Source of the DNA: Planctomycetota bacterium
GTDB lineage: Bacteria; Planctomycetota; PLA2; JAEUHO01
Assembly (NCBI GenBank): GCA_965223505.1
Contig: CBDCWP010000044.1
Span: 64,001-128,000 of the forward strand
DNA length: 64,000 nucleotides
Direction: 5' to 3'
Under the pieces are notes generated by a model. That model was not told the origin of the DNA and did no database searches. It saw only the letters and a list, made by a program, of their open reading frames with translations. Each line of letters starts with the position of its first letter. Positions within the stretch are counted from its first letter, which is position 1. The position numbers and the translations under genes are program-made. Below, one piece after another: positions 17,056 to 28,201 of the stretch.

Positions 17056-17353
17056 TCACGTGGACGTGGACGTGAACGTGAACCTGCACGACACCTGGAT
17101 CGCTCAGCGGTTCCACGCATACGACCCGTCCGCGCCGACCGCTGCGCCCACTGGCGTCCATGTCTGCGCGGGATCGCGATCGGGATCGGGATCGGGTGCG
17201 GGGGGGCCGCGCCGTGAAGGGTCCTCACGTGAACGTGGACGTGGACGTGAACCTGCACGACACCTGGATCGCTCAGCCGTTCCATGCACTCGGCCCGTCG
17301 GCGCCGACCGCGGTGCCCACTGGCGTCCCTGCGCGGGATCGGGATCGGGATCG
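17056..17353. repeat. Two direct repeats (period about 169 bp), each bounded by (GTGRAC)n and (GGGATC)n hexamer arrays
   Basis: Both copies (from 17056 and 17225) share GTGAACCTGCACGACACCTGGATCGCTCAGC...CCCACTGGCGTCC...CTGCGCGGGATC. Confidence 0.85.
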
Positions 17354-17361
17354 TGGGCTCC

Positions 17362-17385
17362 GTAGGGGCGGGGCGAGCCCCGCCC
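17362..17385. repeat. Second GTAG REP-like family (GTAGGGGCGGGGCGAGCCCCGCCC)
   Basis: GTAG plus palindrome; a near-identical copy lies at 43087-43112. Confidence 0.65.
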
Positions 17386-17448
17386 GTCGCGTGAACACCC
17401 CGGGGGGCAGACATTGCGACCCCTGCGCCCGCCGACCAACGCAAGACC

Positions 17449-18213
17449 ATGACCCAACCCGGGTTCCATGACGCGCCCGCAAGGACCTGGAGACCCGTCA
17501 TTCCCGTCAGCTTCGTCATCCCCTGCTACCAGGAAGAAGAGTCCCTGGCCGACTTCGCCGAACACCTCGCGCAAGTGCCCGGGGACGAGATCGTCTTCGT
17601 CGACGACGGGTCCCGCGACGGCACGGCGGCCGCGCTTGCCGAGCTGGCCTCGCGCGACGAGCGCGTGCGCATCGAGACCCACGAGCGCAATCGGGGCGTC
17701 GGCGCCGCCATGCGCACCGGCTTCGACGCGGCCCGGGGTGACATCGTGGTCGTCTACGACGTCGATCGAACGTACCCGCTCGACGATGCGCGGAAGCTGA
17801 TCGACGCGGTCGCGAACGGCGCGTGTGACGTCGCCTCGGCCACGCCCTTCGCGCACGGCGGCGGGCTCGAGCGCGTGCCCGTCTTCCGTCGTCTACTCTC
17901 GCGCGGTGCCGTCTGCGCCTATCGGGTCGTGCTGGCCGGCCGCACCCAGGGCATGACGACGTACACGTGCGCCTTTCGCGCCTACCGCGCCTCGCAGCTC
18001 GAGACCCTGCGGTTCGCGAGCGACGGGTTCCCGGCCGCTGCGGAGATCATCGGGCGCCTGCTGTTGCGCCGCGCGCGCGTGGTCGAGGTGCCGTCGACGC
18101 TGCGGGCCCGGACGGAGGGTTCCAGCAAGATGCGCGTCGGCCGAACGTTGCTCGGCCACCTCTGGAACTGCGCGCGTCTTCTCTGGATTCGTGTGACGCC
18201 TTCGCGGGCCTGA
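17449..18213 (+). CDS. GT2 glycosyltransferase, polyprenol-phosphate sugar synthase (DPM1/Ppm1-like)
   Basis: VIPCYQEEES, VFVDDGSRDGT, HERNRGVGAA, YDVD and EGSSKM. Confidence 0.88.
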   Translation: MTQPGFHDAPARTWRPVIPVSFVIPCYQEEESLADFAEHLAQVPGDEIVFVDDGSRDGTAAALAELASRDERVRIETHERNRGVGAAMRTGFDAARGDIVVVYDVDRTYPLDDARKLIDAVANGACDVASATPFAHGGGLERVPVFRRLLSRGAVCAYRVVLAGRTQGMTTYTCAFRAYRASQLETLRFASDGFPAAAEIIGRLLLRRARVVEVPSTLRARTEGSSKMRVGRTLLGHLWNCARLLWIRVTPSRA

Positions 18214-18281
18214 CGCGCCGGATCGCGGGTCGGAACGCACCCCCGCGCCAAATGACGCGCGAATGACCGGCCCTGACGACG

Positions 18282-19004
18282 ATGCCGCCCGTGACCGCCA
18301 CCCTCTCCCCTGTCGTGCCCGCGCCGACCGACCTGCGTTCGTGGAACCAGGCGCTCAACCGCACCCACGCCATGGCCGACATGCGCGCCCGCGCCGGCTG
18401 GATCGTGCGTGCGATCGAGGAGCGCCGCCGCGGCTGGGTGGCGCGCACGGTCGCGCGGCTGGCGCCGGCGACCGTCGTCGACGTCGGCTGCGAGGACGGT
18501 TGGATGGCCGAGGCCTACGCCGACGACGTGGACCGGCTCGTTCTCAGCGATCTCGATGCCGACGTCCTGCGTGGTGCAGCGCTCGCCGCGCGACCGGACG
18601 TCGAGACCGTCGTCAGCGACGCACTGCACCCGGACGCGTTGTTCGATCACATGGCGGGCGGCCGCGCCGACCTGATCGTGCTGAGCGCCTTGCTCGAGCA
18701 CGTGCCGCGGCCGGGCGACGTGTTGCGCGCGCTCACGCCCCTGCTGCGGGAAGGCGGGCGCTTCGTCGTCTACGTGCCGGCCGACGGCCCCATCCTGTTC
18801 TTGAAGTCGATCCTGAAGCGAACGCGGCTCGGCGCCCTGGTGCGCGGGCTGTCGCTCGATCCCGCGCCCGGGCACCTGCACGTGTTCGACCGCGCGCGCT
18901 TCTCCGCGTTGCTGCGTCCGTTCGGCGAGATCGAGCAGCTCGCGTTCGATCCGCTGTGCCTCGGGTACGTCGCCGTCCTGCGACCCGACGCGAGGGGCGC
19001 ATGA
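18282..19004 (+). CDS. Class I SAM-dependent methyltransferase
   Basis: VVDVGCEDG, DLIVLSALLEHVPRP and LREGGRFVVYVP. Confidence 0.85.
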   Translation: MPPVTATLSPVVPAPTDLRSWNQALNRTHAMADMRARAGWIVRAIEERRRGWVARTVARLAPATVVDVGCEDGWMAEAYADDVDRLVLSDLDADVLRGAALAARPDVETVVSDALHPDALFDHMAGGRADLIVLSALLEHVPRPGDVLRALTPLLREGGRFVVYVPADGPILFLKSILKRTRLGALVRGLSLDPAPGHLHVFDRARFSALLRPFGEIEQLAFDPLCLGYVAVLRPDARGA

Positions 19005-19005
19005 C

Positions 19006-20775
19006 ATGTGCGGCTTCGTAGGCGTTCTCCAACCGCGCAGCGCGGGACCGGTGCGCGTCGAGACGTTGCGACGGTTGCTGCCGGCCATCCGGCACCGTGG
19101 CCCGGATCAAGAAGCGGTGCACGTCGACGGCGGCTTCGGCGTCGCGGCGGCGCGTCTCGCCATCCGGGGCGGGCCGGAGGGTGATCAGCCGCTTCGGCGT
19201 GACGGGTGCGCGATCGTCTTCAACGGCGAGCTGCTCTGCGCGGCGGCGCCGCTGCAGGGCATCTCCCATGCCGAGAACGACTCGGTGGCGTTCCTCGCCG
19301 GCGCGTCCACTTCGACGGCATCGAGACTCCTGCGCGGCAACATGGGCGCGGTCGCGATTCACGACGCCGATCACGCGCTGCACCTGCAGGCGGACCCGCT
19401 CGGCATCAAGACGATCTTCACCGCCGACGGCCCCGACGGTGCGCTCTGGTTCGGATCGGAGATCCGCGCGCTGCTGCATGCCGTGCCTTCCGCGCGGGCG
19501 ATGGACAGGACGGGCATGGCGGAGCTGCTTCGCTGGCAACGTCCGCGTTTCCACACACCCTTCCGCCACGTCCACGGCCCCATCCGCGGTCCCGGCCTGA
19601 CCGTCATCGAAGACGATCGCGGTCTGCAACGCGTTGTCGAGCAGGCGCCGACGATGCCGATCGCGCGATCGACGCACGATCCGGTGCGCGCGCTGCGCGA
19701 AGCGTGGCGCACGTCGGCTGCCGCGGCGGCGGTGGCGGACGAGCCCGTCTGCCTGTTCCTATCGGGCGGCCTCGACTCGTCCGCGGTCGCGGCGTTCGCC
19801 GATTGCCCCGAACTGATCGCGTTGACGGGGCGGTTCGAGGGCGCCGCGTTCGACGAGAGCGCGTCAGCGGCGGCCGTCGCCAAACACACGGGCATCCGTC
19901 ACGAGGTCGTGGACCTTCGCGACGAAGACCTCCTGCTGGACCTGCCCGACGTCATTCGCGCGCTCGAGATGCCGATGGCGGGCCCCGGCTCGCTCGCGCT
20001 GTGGCGCATGGCGAAGCGCGCGCGCGAACACGCCCGCATCGTGCTCACCGGCACCGGCGGCGACGAGCTGTTCGGCGGCTACGCGCGGACGGCGATCACG
20101 CTCGGTCGCGCCGGCATCTGGACGCGCGGGTACGAGTCGCTGCGTTCGAAGATCGAGTCGGCGGGCACGAACGCCCAAGCCCGGCTCAACGCAGCATTCG
20201 ATCGGTCGTCCGACCTCGAGCCGCTGCTCACGCGGGAGTTCCTGCACAGCTTGCCGGCGCCCGATCCGATCGAGACGGACGAACGTTCCGATCTCGACGC
20301 GGCGCTCGCCGAAGAGCGCACCGGTACGCTGAAGACGCTCCTGCACGTCGAAGACCGCGTGACGATGGCGCACGGCATCGAAGGCCGTCCCGTCGCGTGC
20401 CTCGGCTCGTTGCCGGAGATTTCGCGGCAGATTCCCGAAGCGTGGCTGGTGGGGCCCGACGGAGAGGGCAAACGCGCCCTGCGCGCCGCGCTGGAGGGCT
20501 GCATTCCCGAAGCGGTGCGTACGGACACGCGCAAGCGCGGCTTCCCGACGCCGTTCGCGCGCGCTGCGCGCGGCGCCGGCCGCGACATCGTGCTGCAGAT
20601 GCTGCACGACCGCCGCTTCGTGGAGCGCGGTTGGTGGAACGTCGAAGCCTGCCGGGCGCTCTTGGACGAAGCGCGCCCGGACTACGACCGCGCGTTGTGG
20701 GCGTTGCTTTCCTGGGAGACGTGGGCGCGCCTCTTTCTGGACGGTGACGCGTTCGAGGAGAGCTCCGTAGCGTGA
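19006..20775 (+). CDS. asnB: Asparagine synthase (glutamine-hydrolysing) family amidotransferase
   Basis: N-terminal MCG, HRGPD, FNGE, FLSGGLDSS, TGTGGDELFGGY and KRGFPTP. Confidence 0.88.
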   Translation: MCGFVGVLQPRSAGPVRVETLRRLLPAIRHRGPDQEAVHVDGGFGVAAARLAIRGGPEGDQPLRRDGCAIVFNGELLCAAAPLQGISHAENDSVAFLAGASTSTASRLLRGNMGAVAIHDADHALHLQADPLGIKTIFTADGPDGALWFGSEIRALLHAVPSARAMDRTGMAELLRWQRPRFHTPFRHVHGPIRGPGLTVIEDDRGLQRVVEQAPTMPIARSTHDPVRALREAWRTSAAAAAVADEPVCLFLSGGLDSSAVAAFADCPELIALTGRFEGAAFDESASAAAVAKHTGIRHEVVDLRDEDLLLDLPDVIRALEMPMAGPGSLALWRMAKRAREHARIVLTGTGGDELFGGYARTAITLGRAGIWTRGYESLRSKIESAGTNAQARLNAAFDRSSDLEPLLTREFLHSLPAPDPIETDERSDLDAALAEERTGTLKTLLHVEDRVTMAHGIEGRPVACLGSLPEISRQIPEAWLVGPDGEGKRALRAALEGCIPEAVRTDTRKRGFPTPFARAARGAGRDIVLQMLHDRRFVERGWWNVEACRALLDEARPDYDRALWALLSWETWARLFLDGDAFEESSVA

Positions 20776-23700
20776 GGATTCCCTTTGCCCGACTGATCTG
20801 GGAACGCTTCATCGCGTTGTGCGGCCGGCTCGGCGAGGGCGGTGCGGGCGGCGCCGCACGATGGGTCGTCTTCGTCGCGCTGATCGCCCATCTCGGCTGG
20901 TATCCCGGCGCCGGCAGCAGCGCGCTCAACGCCGACCCGATCAACTACGACGACCCGCAGGTGCTCGACGCGGCCGAGCGCAGCTCCGTGAAGGACATCC
21001 TCACCGGTCCGACGTACTACGCGTACAAGCCGATCTACTTCCTCAGCCTGAAGCTCGACCGGCTCTTCGGCGATCCCGTTCACGTCGGCCACACGATGAA
21101 CTGGTTGCTGCACGCGCTCTGCGCGGTGCTGTTGACGGTGCTGCTCGCCCACGTCTTTCGAAATGCGTGGTTGGCCGGGATCGCGGGCGCGCTGTTCGCC
21201 GTGCACCCGGCCCACGCGGAGAGCGTGGCGTGGCTGGCCGAACGCAAGGACGTCCTGTCGCTGGCGTTCGTCCTGTGGGCGCACATCTCCTTCCGCCTGC
21301 GCCGCGAAGACCGCGAACGCGGCGATCGCCCGTTCCGACCCGGCGACGCGTTCGTGCCCGCCCTCTGGCTGCTGCTCGGCGGCCTGACGAAAGGCACGGT
21401 CTGGTCGTACGCGGGCATCATCGCGATCGACGAGATCCTCCATCAGGCGCGCAAGGACGAGAGCGCGCGAGCGGGCGTCGTCGCCCGCTTGGCGCCGCTG
21501 TGCGTGGTCGCCGTCGGCGGGGTGGTGCTGGACGCGTGGATGGGGGCCGCGTACGGCCCCGGCGCCGTCAAACACGGCGTCGGCAACGGTGAGCTCGTCG
21601 CCGCCATGGGCGGCGTGCATCTGCAGTACCTCCTGAACGTGCTCGTTCCCGTCAACCTGGCGTTGGACTACGCGATCGACCCCGCGGGCTCGTTCGGTCT
21701 CGGCGCCTGGCTCGGCATCCTGCTCGCGGTGCTGGCCGTCGTCGGTCTCTTCGTGAGCCTGCGCCGTCGTTCGCTGCTCGGCGCGTTCGCGTGCAGCTTC
21801 TGGATCTTCGGCCTCGCGCCCGTGAACAACATCTGGCCGCGCACCTCGATCCTCATGGCCGATCGCTACCTCTACATTCCCGCGATCGGGGCCTATCTCC
21901 TGATCGCCTACGCGATCAACCGTTCTTCGACGTTCCGCAAACCGATTGCGGTCGCCGTCGTGGTCTTGCTCGGCACGCTCTGCATCGAGCGCACGCGCGA
22001 CTTCGCGGACTCCGAGACCGTATGGGCCGACACCATCGAGAAGGTGCCGCACAGCGCGCTGGCGTACATCCAGCTCGGGCAGGAGCACGCGCGGATGGGG
22101 CAGGGGCGCAAGGTCTACTACGAGCGCGCGCTCGAAGACGTCGATCACGTCTTCCGCATCGAGCCGCGGCCGCGCCTGGAGTTCCTGCTGCGCGCGCGGC
22201 TCGTGAAGTGCGCGGCGCTGGCCGGTCTCGGACGCATCAACGATCTCGCATGGGAGGCGGACGCGGCGATGGAGCTGGCGAACCAGCTCGAGCGCAGCCC
22301 GCTGTTGGGCGGCGACGTCAACGGCCTGAAGTCCGAGATCGAGATCTTTCGCGGACAGGCGCTCGAGGCGAAGGGCCTGACGCGGCCGGCGATCGAGGCC
22401 TACGATCGCGCCGTCAAGGCGGACCCGGACAACGGCGTGGCCCGCTACAACTTCGCCACGGCGCTCGCGGGACTGGGTGGCGAAGAGCTGCTGGAGGAGG
22501 CGGAGTTCAACCTCCGTTGCGCCCGTGAGCTCTTGCGCGGCGGCGACATCCACACGCTCGCGACGATCCAGCTCGCGACCGTGCTCGGCACCCGGGCGAC
22601 CGGCGCCCGCACCGACAGCGAGCGGGACGGGCTCGTGAGCGAGGCGCTTCGGCTCTTGCGCAACCACATGAAGCGCGTCGGACGCACGCCGGAGCTTCTG
22701 TACGCGTCGGCGATGATCCACCTCAACGTGCGGCGGGATCTGCCGCGGGTGAAAGAGCTGCTGTACGAGCTCAGCCAGGAGCACCCCGATCACGAGAAAG
22801 GCACGCGCCTGCAGGCGCAGATCTACTTCAACGAGGGCCAGCGCGAGCTGCGCAAGGGACGCAACAAGGAAGATCGCGCCGCGTTGCGCGAGGCGGTCCA
22901 GCGTTTCAAGTTCGCCCTCGAAGCAGATCCGTCTTTCTGGGAGGCGCACGTCGCGGCCGGCGACGCGTGGTCCGAGCAGGGGCTCTTCAACCGCGCGCGC
23001 GACCGCTACAAGAAGGCTGCGCAGATCGAGCGCGGCGCGCCCTGGATCAAGGGGCTCGTCGCTCGCACCCACGTGCTCGAGTGCTACATCCGCGAACAGG
23101 AGGCCGAAGACGAAGCCGCGCTTCGAAGCGCCGCTCAGGTCATGGCCGGCGGGATGCGACTCGACGTCGACCGCATCGACCTCGGCTTCATTCCGCTCGA
23201 AGACGAGCTGCCGTTGGTGCGAGAGGTCGCCGCTCTGCTCGAGGCAAACGAGGAGCCCGCGGCGACCCACGCCGCGAAGGCCTTGCGCGCCGTCGCGCGG
23301 CTGTGCGCCGGCGACCAGGACGGCGCGCTGGGGCTCGCCAACGAGGTGATGGCGGCGCTCGGCAGCGCCAGCCCGTCGCCGCTGCGCGACACGTGCCTCT
23401 TGATCCGCGCGGTCGTCTACACGCGCCGCACCGACTTCGACGAGGCGTACGACGCGTATCGACGGCTCGAGAAGAGCCGGCCGAAGGACGTCTTGCCGAA
23501 GCTGAGCATCCTGCAGCTCGACCAGCGCATCGCGCACGCGCGCCTCAACATCGCGCTCGGCGGCGGCAACCAGGCGCGCAAGGACGAAGCGAACGCGCGC
23601 GTCGCGGCCGTCGCGGATCGCATCCGGGCGTTTGCGGACGCGCACCCGGCGTCGGTGACCGCGGGGTTGCTGGCCACCGAGAGCGACATGCAGCAGGCGC

Positions 23701-25013
23701 GCTGGGTGCAGGCGCTCGCCCGCCTCAACGAGATGGCCGAGCGCTTTCCGAAGCACCCGTCGATCTATCGTGGTCGCAGCTACGTCCACATGGCGCAGCG
23801 CACGTCCACGCAGGACGAGATGCTGGGCCCGCACCTGATCAAGCTCGCCGGACGCGAGCTGCAGTACGCGCGCGCGCTCGATCCGCGCGACGTGCGCACG
23901 CACCTGGACGCCGCGAAGCTGAATCTGATGGCGCAGAACATCCGCGGCGCCGTGCAGCATGCGGAGCGCGCACGCGAGCTCGAGAGCTACGACGGCGGCC
24001 CGGCGTCGCGGTTGCTGGCGACGCTGTACGTCCGGTTGGCCCGGCAGGCGATCGAGGGGCGCCAGGTCAAGGAAGCCCAGCGGTTCATCGCGCGGGCGCG
24101 CAAGCTCGACCCGCAGAGCCCGGCGACCTACGTGCTGGAAGGCGAGCTGCTGCTCAACTCCACGGAACGGGACCGGCTCGCGCGCGCGCTCGAGCTCGGC
24201 AACACCGCCAAGAGCCTCGCGCCGCTCGACCTCGAAGCGCACCGATTCCTCGCGAAGTGCCATCGTCAAAAGGGCATCCAGGCGATGCTCGCCATCATGC
24301 GCATTCCCATGCCGAAGAACCCCGTGAACCAACCCGGGTTCGAGGCGCTGTCGCCGGACGAGCGCTCGAAGCTGCAGACGAAGTGGGCGATCGAGACGGA
24401 CAAGGCGCGCAAAGCCAAGGCGCGCTTTCGCGAGGCGGCGCTGGGGTCGTTCGACCTCGCGCTGACCCTCGATCCGGACGCCGAGGACGCGCCGGACATC
24501 CGCACGCGCATGGAGGAGCTGCGCAAGAGCGACCCCTCCTACAGGCGACGGCAGCTCATGGAGGCGCAGGAGCTGATTCCCAAAGCACGCGACCTGCGCG
24601 TGGCCGGCAAGGACCGCGACGCGCTTCGGCTCTACGAGGAGATCGTCGCGCTGGATCCGGCGAACCAGTTTGCGCACCAACACATCCTCGCGCTGACGTG
24701 GAAGCTGCTTCCGGGCTGGCGCAAGGACATCCCGGAGGAGCGCAAGCAGGAGCAATGGCTCGTCAACCGCGCGTTCACGTCGCTCCACATGCTGGACAAG
24801 CTCGACAAGAGCGGCGTGATCTTCGAGCGCCACCTCTTCCGGGGACTGCTCAACGCGCACCTCTACAAGCAGGAGAAGAGCGAGGAGCTGCGGGTCGTGG
24901 CCAAGCGCGAGCTCCAGCGCTACCTCGAGCTCACGAAGGACCGGCCGGACAGCCCGAACGTCGCCCGGGCCCGGAGCTGGTTGGAGCGGGTGAAGTCCAA
25001 GAAGGGCGGTTAG
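20772..25013 (+). CDS. TMTC-like multi-TM GT-C glycosyltransferase with long C-terminal TPR array
   Basis: NYDD acidic motif, YKP, NWLLHAL, LFAVHPAHAESVAWLAERKDVL, ADRYLYIP and W..TI motifs of TMTC-like proteins, followed by about 900 aa of TPR-like repeats. Confidence 0.8.
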   Translation: MRIPFARLIWERFIALCGRLGEGGAGGAARWVVFVALIAHLGWYPGAGSSALNADPINYDDPQVLDAAERSSVKDILTGPTYYAYKPIYFLSLKLDRLFGDPVHVGHTMNWLLHALCAVLLTVLLAHVFRNAWLAGIAGALFAVHPAHAESVAWLAERKDVLSLAFVLWAHISFRLRREDRERGDRPFRPGDAFVPALWLLLGGLTKGTVWSYAGIIAIDEILHQARKDESARAGVVARLAPLCVVAVGGVVLDAWMGAAYGPGAVKHGVGNGELVAAMGGVHLQYLLNVLVPVNLALDYAIDPAGSFGLGAWLGILLAVLAVVGLFVSLRRRSLLGAFACSFWIFGLAPVNNIWPRTSILMADRYLYIPAIGAYLLIAYAINRSSTFRKPIAVAVVVLLGTLCIERTRDFADSETVWADTIEKVPHSALAYIQLGQEHARMGQGRKVYYERALEDVDHVFRIEPRPRLEFLLRARLVKCAALAGLGRINDLAWEADAAMELANQLERSPLLGGDVNGLKSEIEIFRGQALEAKGLTRPAIEAYDRAVKADPDNGVARYNFATALAGLGGEELLEEAEFNLRCARELLRGGDIHTLATIQLATVLGTRATGARTDSERDGLVSEALRLLRNHMKRVGRTPELLYASAMIHLNVRRDLPRVKELLYELSQEHPDHEKGTRLQAQIYFNEGQRELRKGRNKEDRAALREAVQRFKFALEADPSFWEAHVAAGDAWSEQGLFNRARDRYKKAAQIERGAPWIKGLVARTHVLECYIREQEAEDEAALRSAAQVMAGGMRLDVDRIDLGFIPLEDELPLVREVAALLEANEEPAATHAAKALRAVARLCAGDQDGALGLANEVMAALGSASPSPLRDTCLLIRAVVYTRRTDFDEAYDAYRRLEKSRPKDVLPKLSILQLDQRIAHARLNIALGGGNQARKDEANARVAAVADRIRAFADAHPASVTAGLLATESDMQQARWVQALARLNEMAERFPKHPSIYRGRSYVHMAQRTSTQDEMLGPHLIKLAGRELQYARALDPRDVRTHLDAAKLNLMAQNIRGAVQHAERARELESYDGGPASRLLATLYVRLARQAIEGRQVKEAQRFIARARKLDPQSPATYVLEGELLLNSTERDRLARALELGNTAKSLAPLDLEAHRFLAKCHRQKGIQAMLAIMRIPMPKNPVNQPGFEALSPDERSKLQTKWAIETDKARKAKARFREAALGSFDLALTLDPDAEDAPDIRTRMEELRKSDPSYRRRQLMEAQELIPKARDLRVAGKDRDALRLYEEIVALDPANQFAHQHILALTWKLLPGWRKDIPEERKQEQWLVNRAFTSLHMLDKLDKSGVIFERHLFRGLLNAHLYKQEKSEELRVVAKRELQRYLELTKDRPDSPNVARARSWLERVKSKKGG

Positions 25014-25017
25014 GGCG

Positions 25018-25758
25018 GTGGCGACCGCAGGCGACAAGCGCGGTCCCGGCCCCGAGCGGGCCTTCGCCGATCCGCTGCCGGACGCCGGGGCCGTGACGCT
25101 CGGCGACGCCGAGTCCGCGCATCTGGTGCGCTCGCGCCGGGTGCGCGAGGGCGACGCGGTCGTGCTCTTCGACGGGAAGGGCGGCTCCGTCCTCGGGCGT
25201 CTCACCGTCGCGGACGCCAAGGCCGCGGTGATCGAGGTCGAGGGTCCGTACCCGGACCGCGAGCCCGCGCGCGTCGTGCGCATTGCGGTGTCGCTCCCCG
25301 AGTCGGGCCGGGCCGACGGCATGGTCGCGACCCTCGCGGAGCTCGGCGTGACGACACTTCGGCCGCTTCGCTGCGCTCGCACCCCGCCCAAGCGGGCGCA
25401 GCCGTCCGCCAACCGAATCGGGCGCTGGCAGCGCATCGTGCGCGAGGCGGCCAAGGTCAACGGCCGCAGCCGGCTGATGGACGTGCTGCCCGCGCGCGCG
25501 CTGGACGAGCTGCTCGCCGCCGACCCCTGCGTCCTGCTCGACCCGGACCCCGACGCGCAACCGCTCGCAAGCGTATTGCCCCGGCAATCGGACGTACCCT
25601 GGTTGCTGGTGGGGCCCGAGGGCGGGTTTACGGAAGACGAGATGCGCGCGGCCGCGCAGGCCGGCGCGGCGACCGCCCGCCTCGGCCGAACGGCACTGCG
25701 AACCGACACCGCGGCCGTCGCTGCGGCATCCATCGCGCTCGCGTGCTCGGTGAATTAG
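25018..25758 (+). CDS. rsmE: 16S rRNA (uracil1498-N3)-methyltransferase
   Basis: HLVRSRRVREGD, ELGV, VGPEGGFT and LGRTALRTDTAA. Confidence 0.9.
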   Translation: MATAGDKRGPGPERAFADPLPDAGAVTLGDAESAHLVRSRRVREGDAVVLFDGKGGSVLGRLTVADAKAAVIEVEGPYPDREPARVVRIAVSLPESGRADGMVATLAELGVTTLRPLRCARTPPKRAQPSANRIGRWQRIVREAAKVNGRSRLMDVLPARALDELLAADPCVLLDPDPDAQPLASVLPRQSDVPWLLVGPEGGFTEDEMRAAAQAGAATARLGRTALRTDTAAVAAASIALACSVN

Positions 25759-25800
25759 CTTTCTGCCAAGGCGGTCTGGCATTTGCGGAGAGGCGTCGCC

Positions 25801-27819
<2,019 letters not shown>

Positions 27820-28201
27820 GTGCGCAGCGCTCGGCAACTTCCTTACCGGCGAGTGCAAAGGCACTTACCAATCCGATCCGGATGCCAAGGCGGGATGGTC
27901 ACCGAGTTGGCAGCCGACGGATCCGCCACAGTTCGCCACGAACGTAACACCCTGTCCAAAAGAGAGTTCTGACGTCGCAAGGAGTGCAGATCAAAGGAAT
28001 GGGCGTTGCATTGGCGGGCTGCAGCCCGGTAGTGTTCCGCCTTCGAGCGGGGGGTCGCTTCTCGACCCGGATTTTCGCCGCTGAAGCCACGTTCGCCGGG
28101 TCCGAACCCAGATTCGATCGAGGAGAACGCCGGTGGAAGGGCTCAGCAGCCGCTCGCTGCAGCAGGAACCGAACGACGGGTCCCACGAGGAGAAGGCTGG
28201 T

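Noticed and set aside
16959..17385. Repeat cluster as a possible CRISPR array
   Set aside because: No regular repeat-spacer periodicity, the repeats are inverted or degenerate, and no cas genes are present.
27820..28201. Sigma54 (-24/-12) promoter for the pilus operon
   Set aside because: Only a weak GG-N10-GC (GGGCGTTGCATTGGC, near 28001-28015) lacking the TGGCAC/TTGC consensus; not enough to call.
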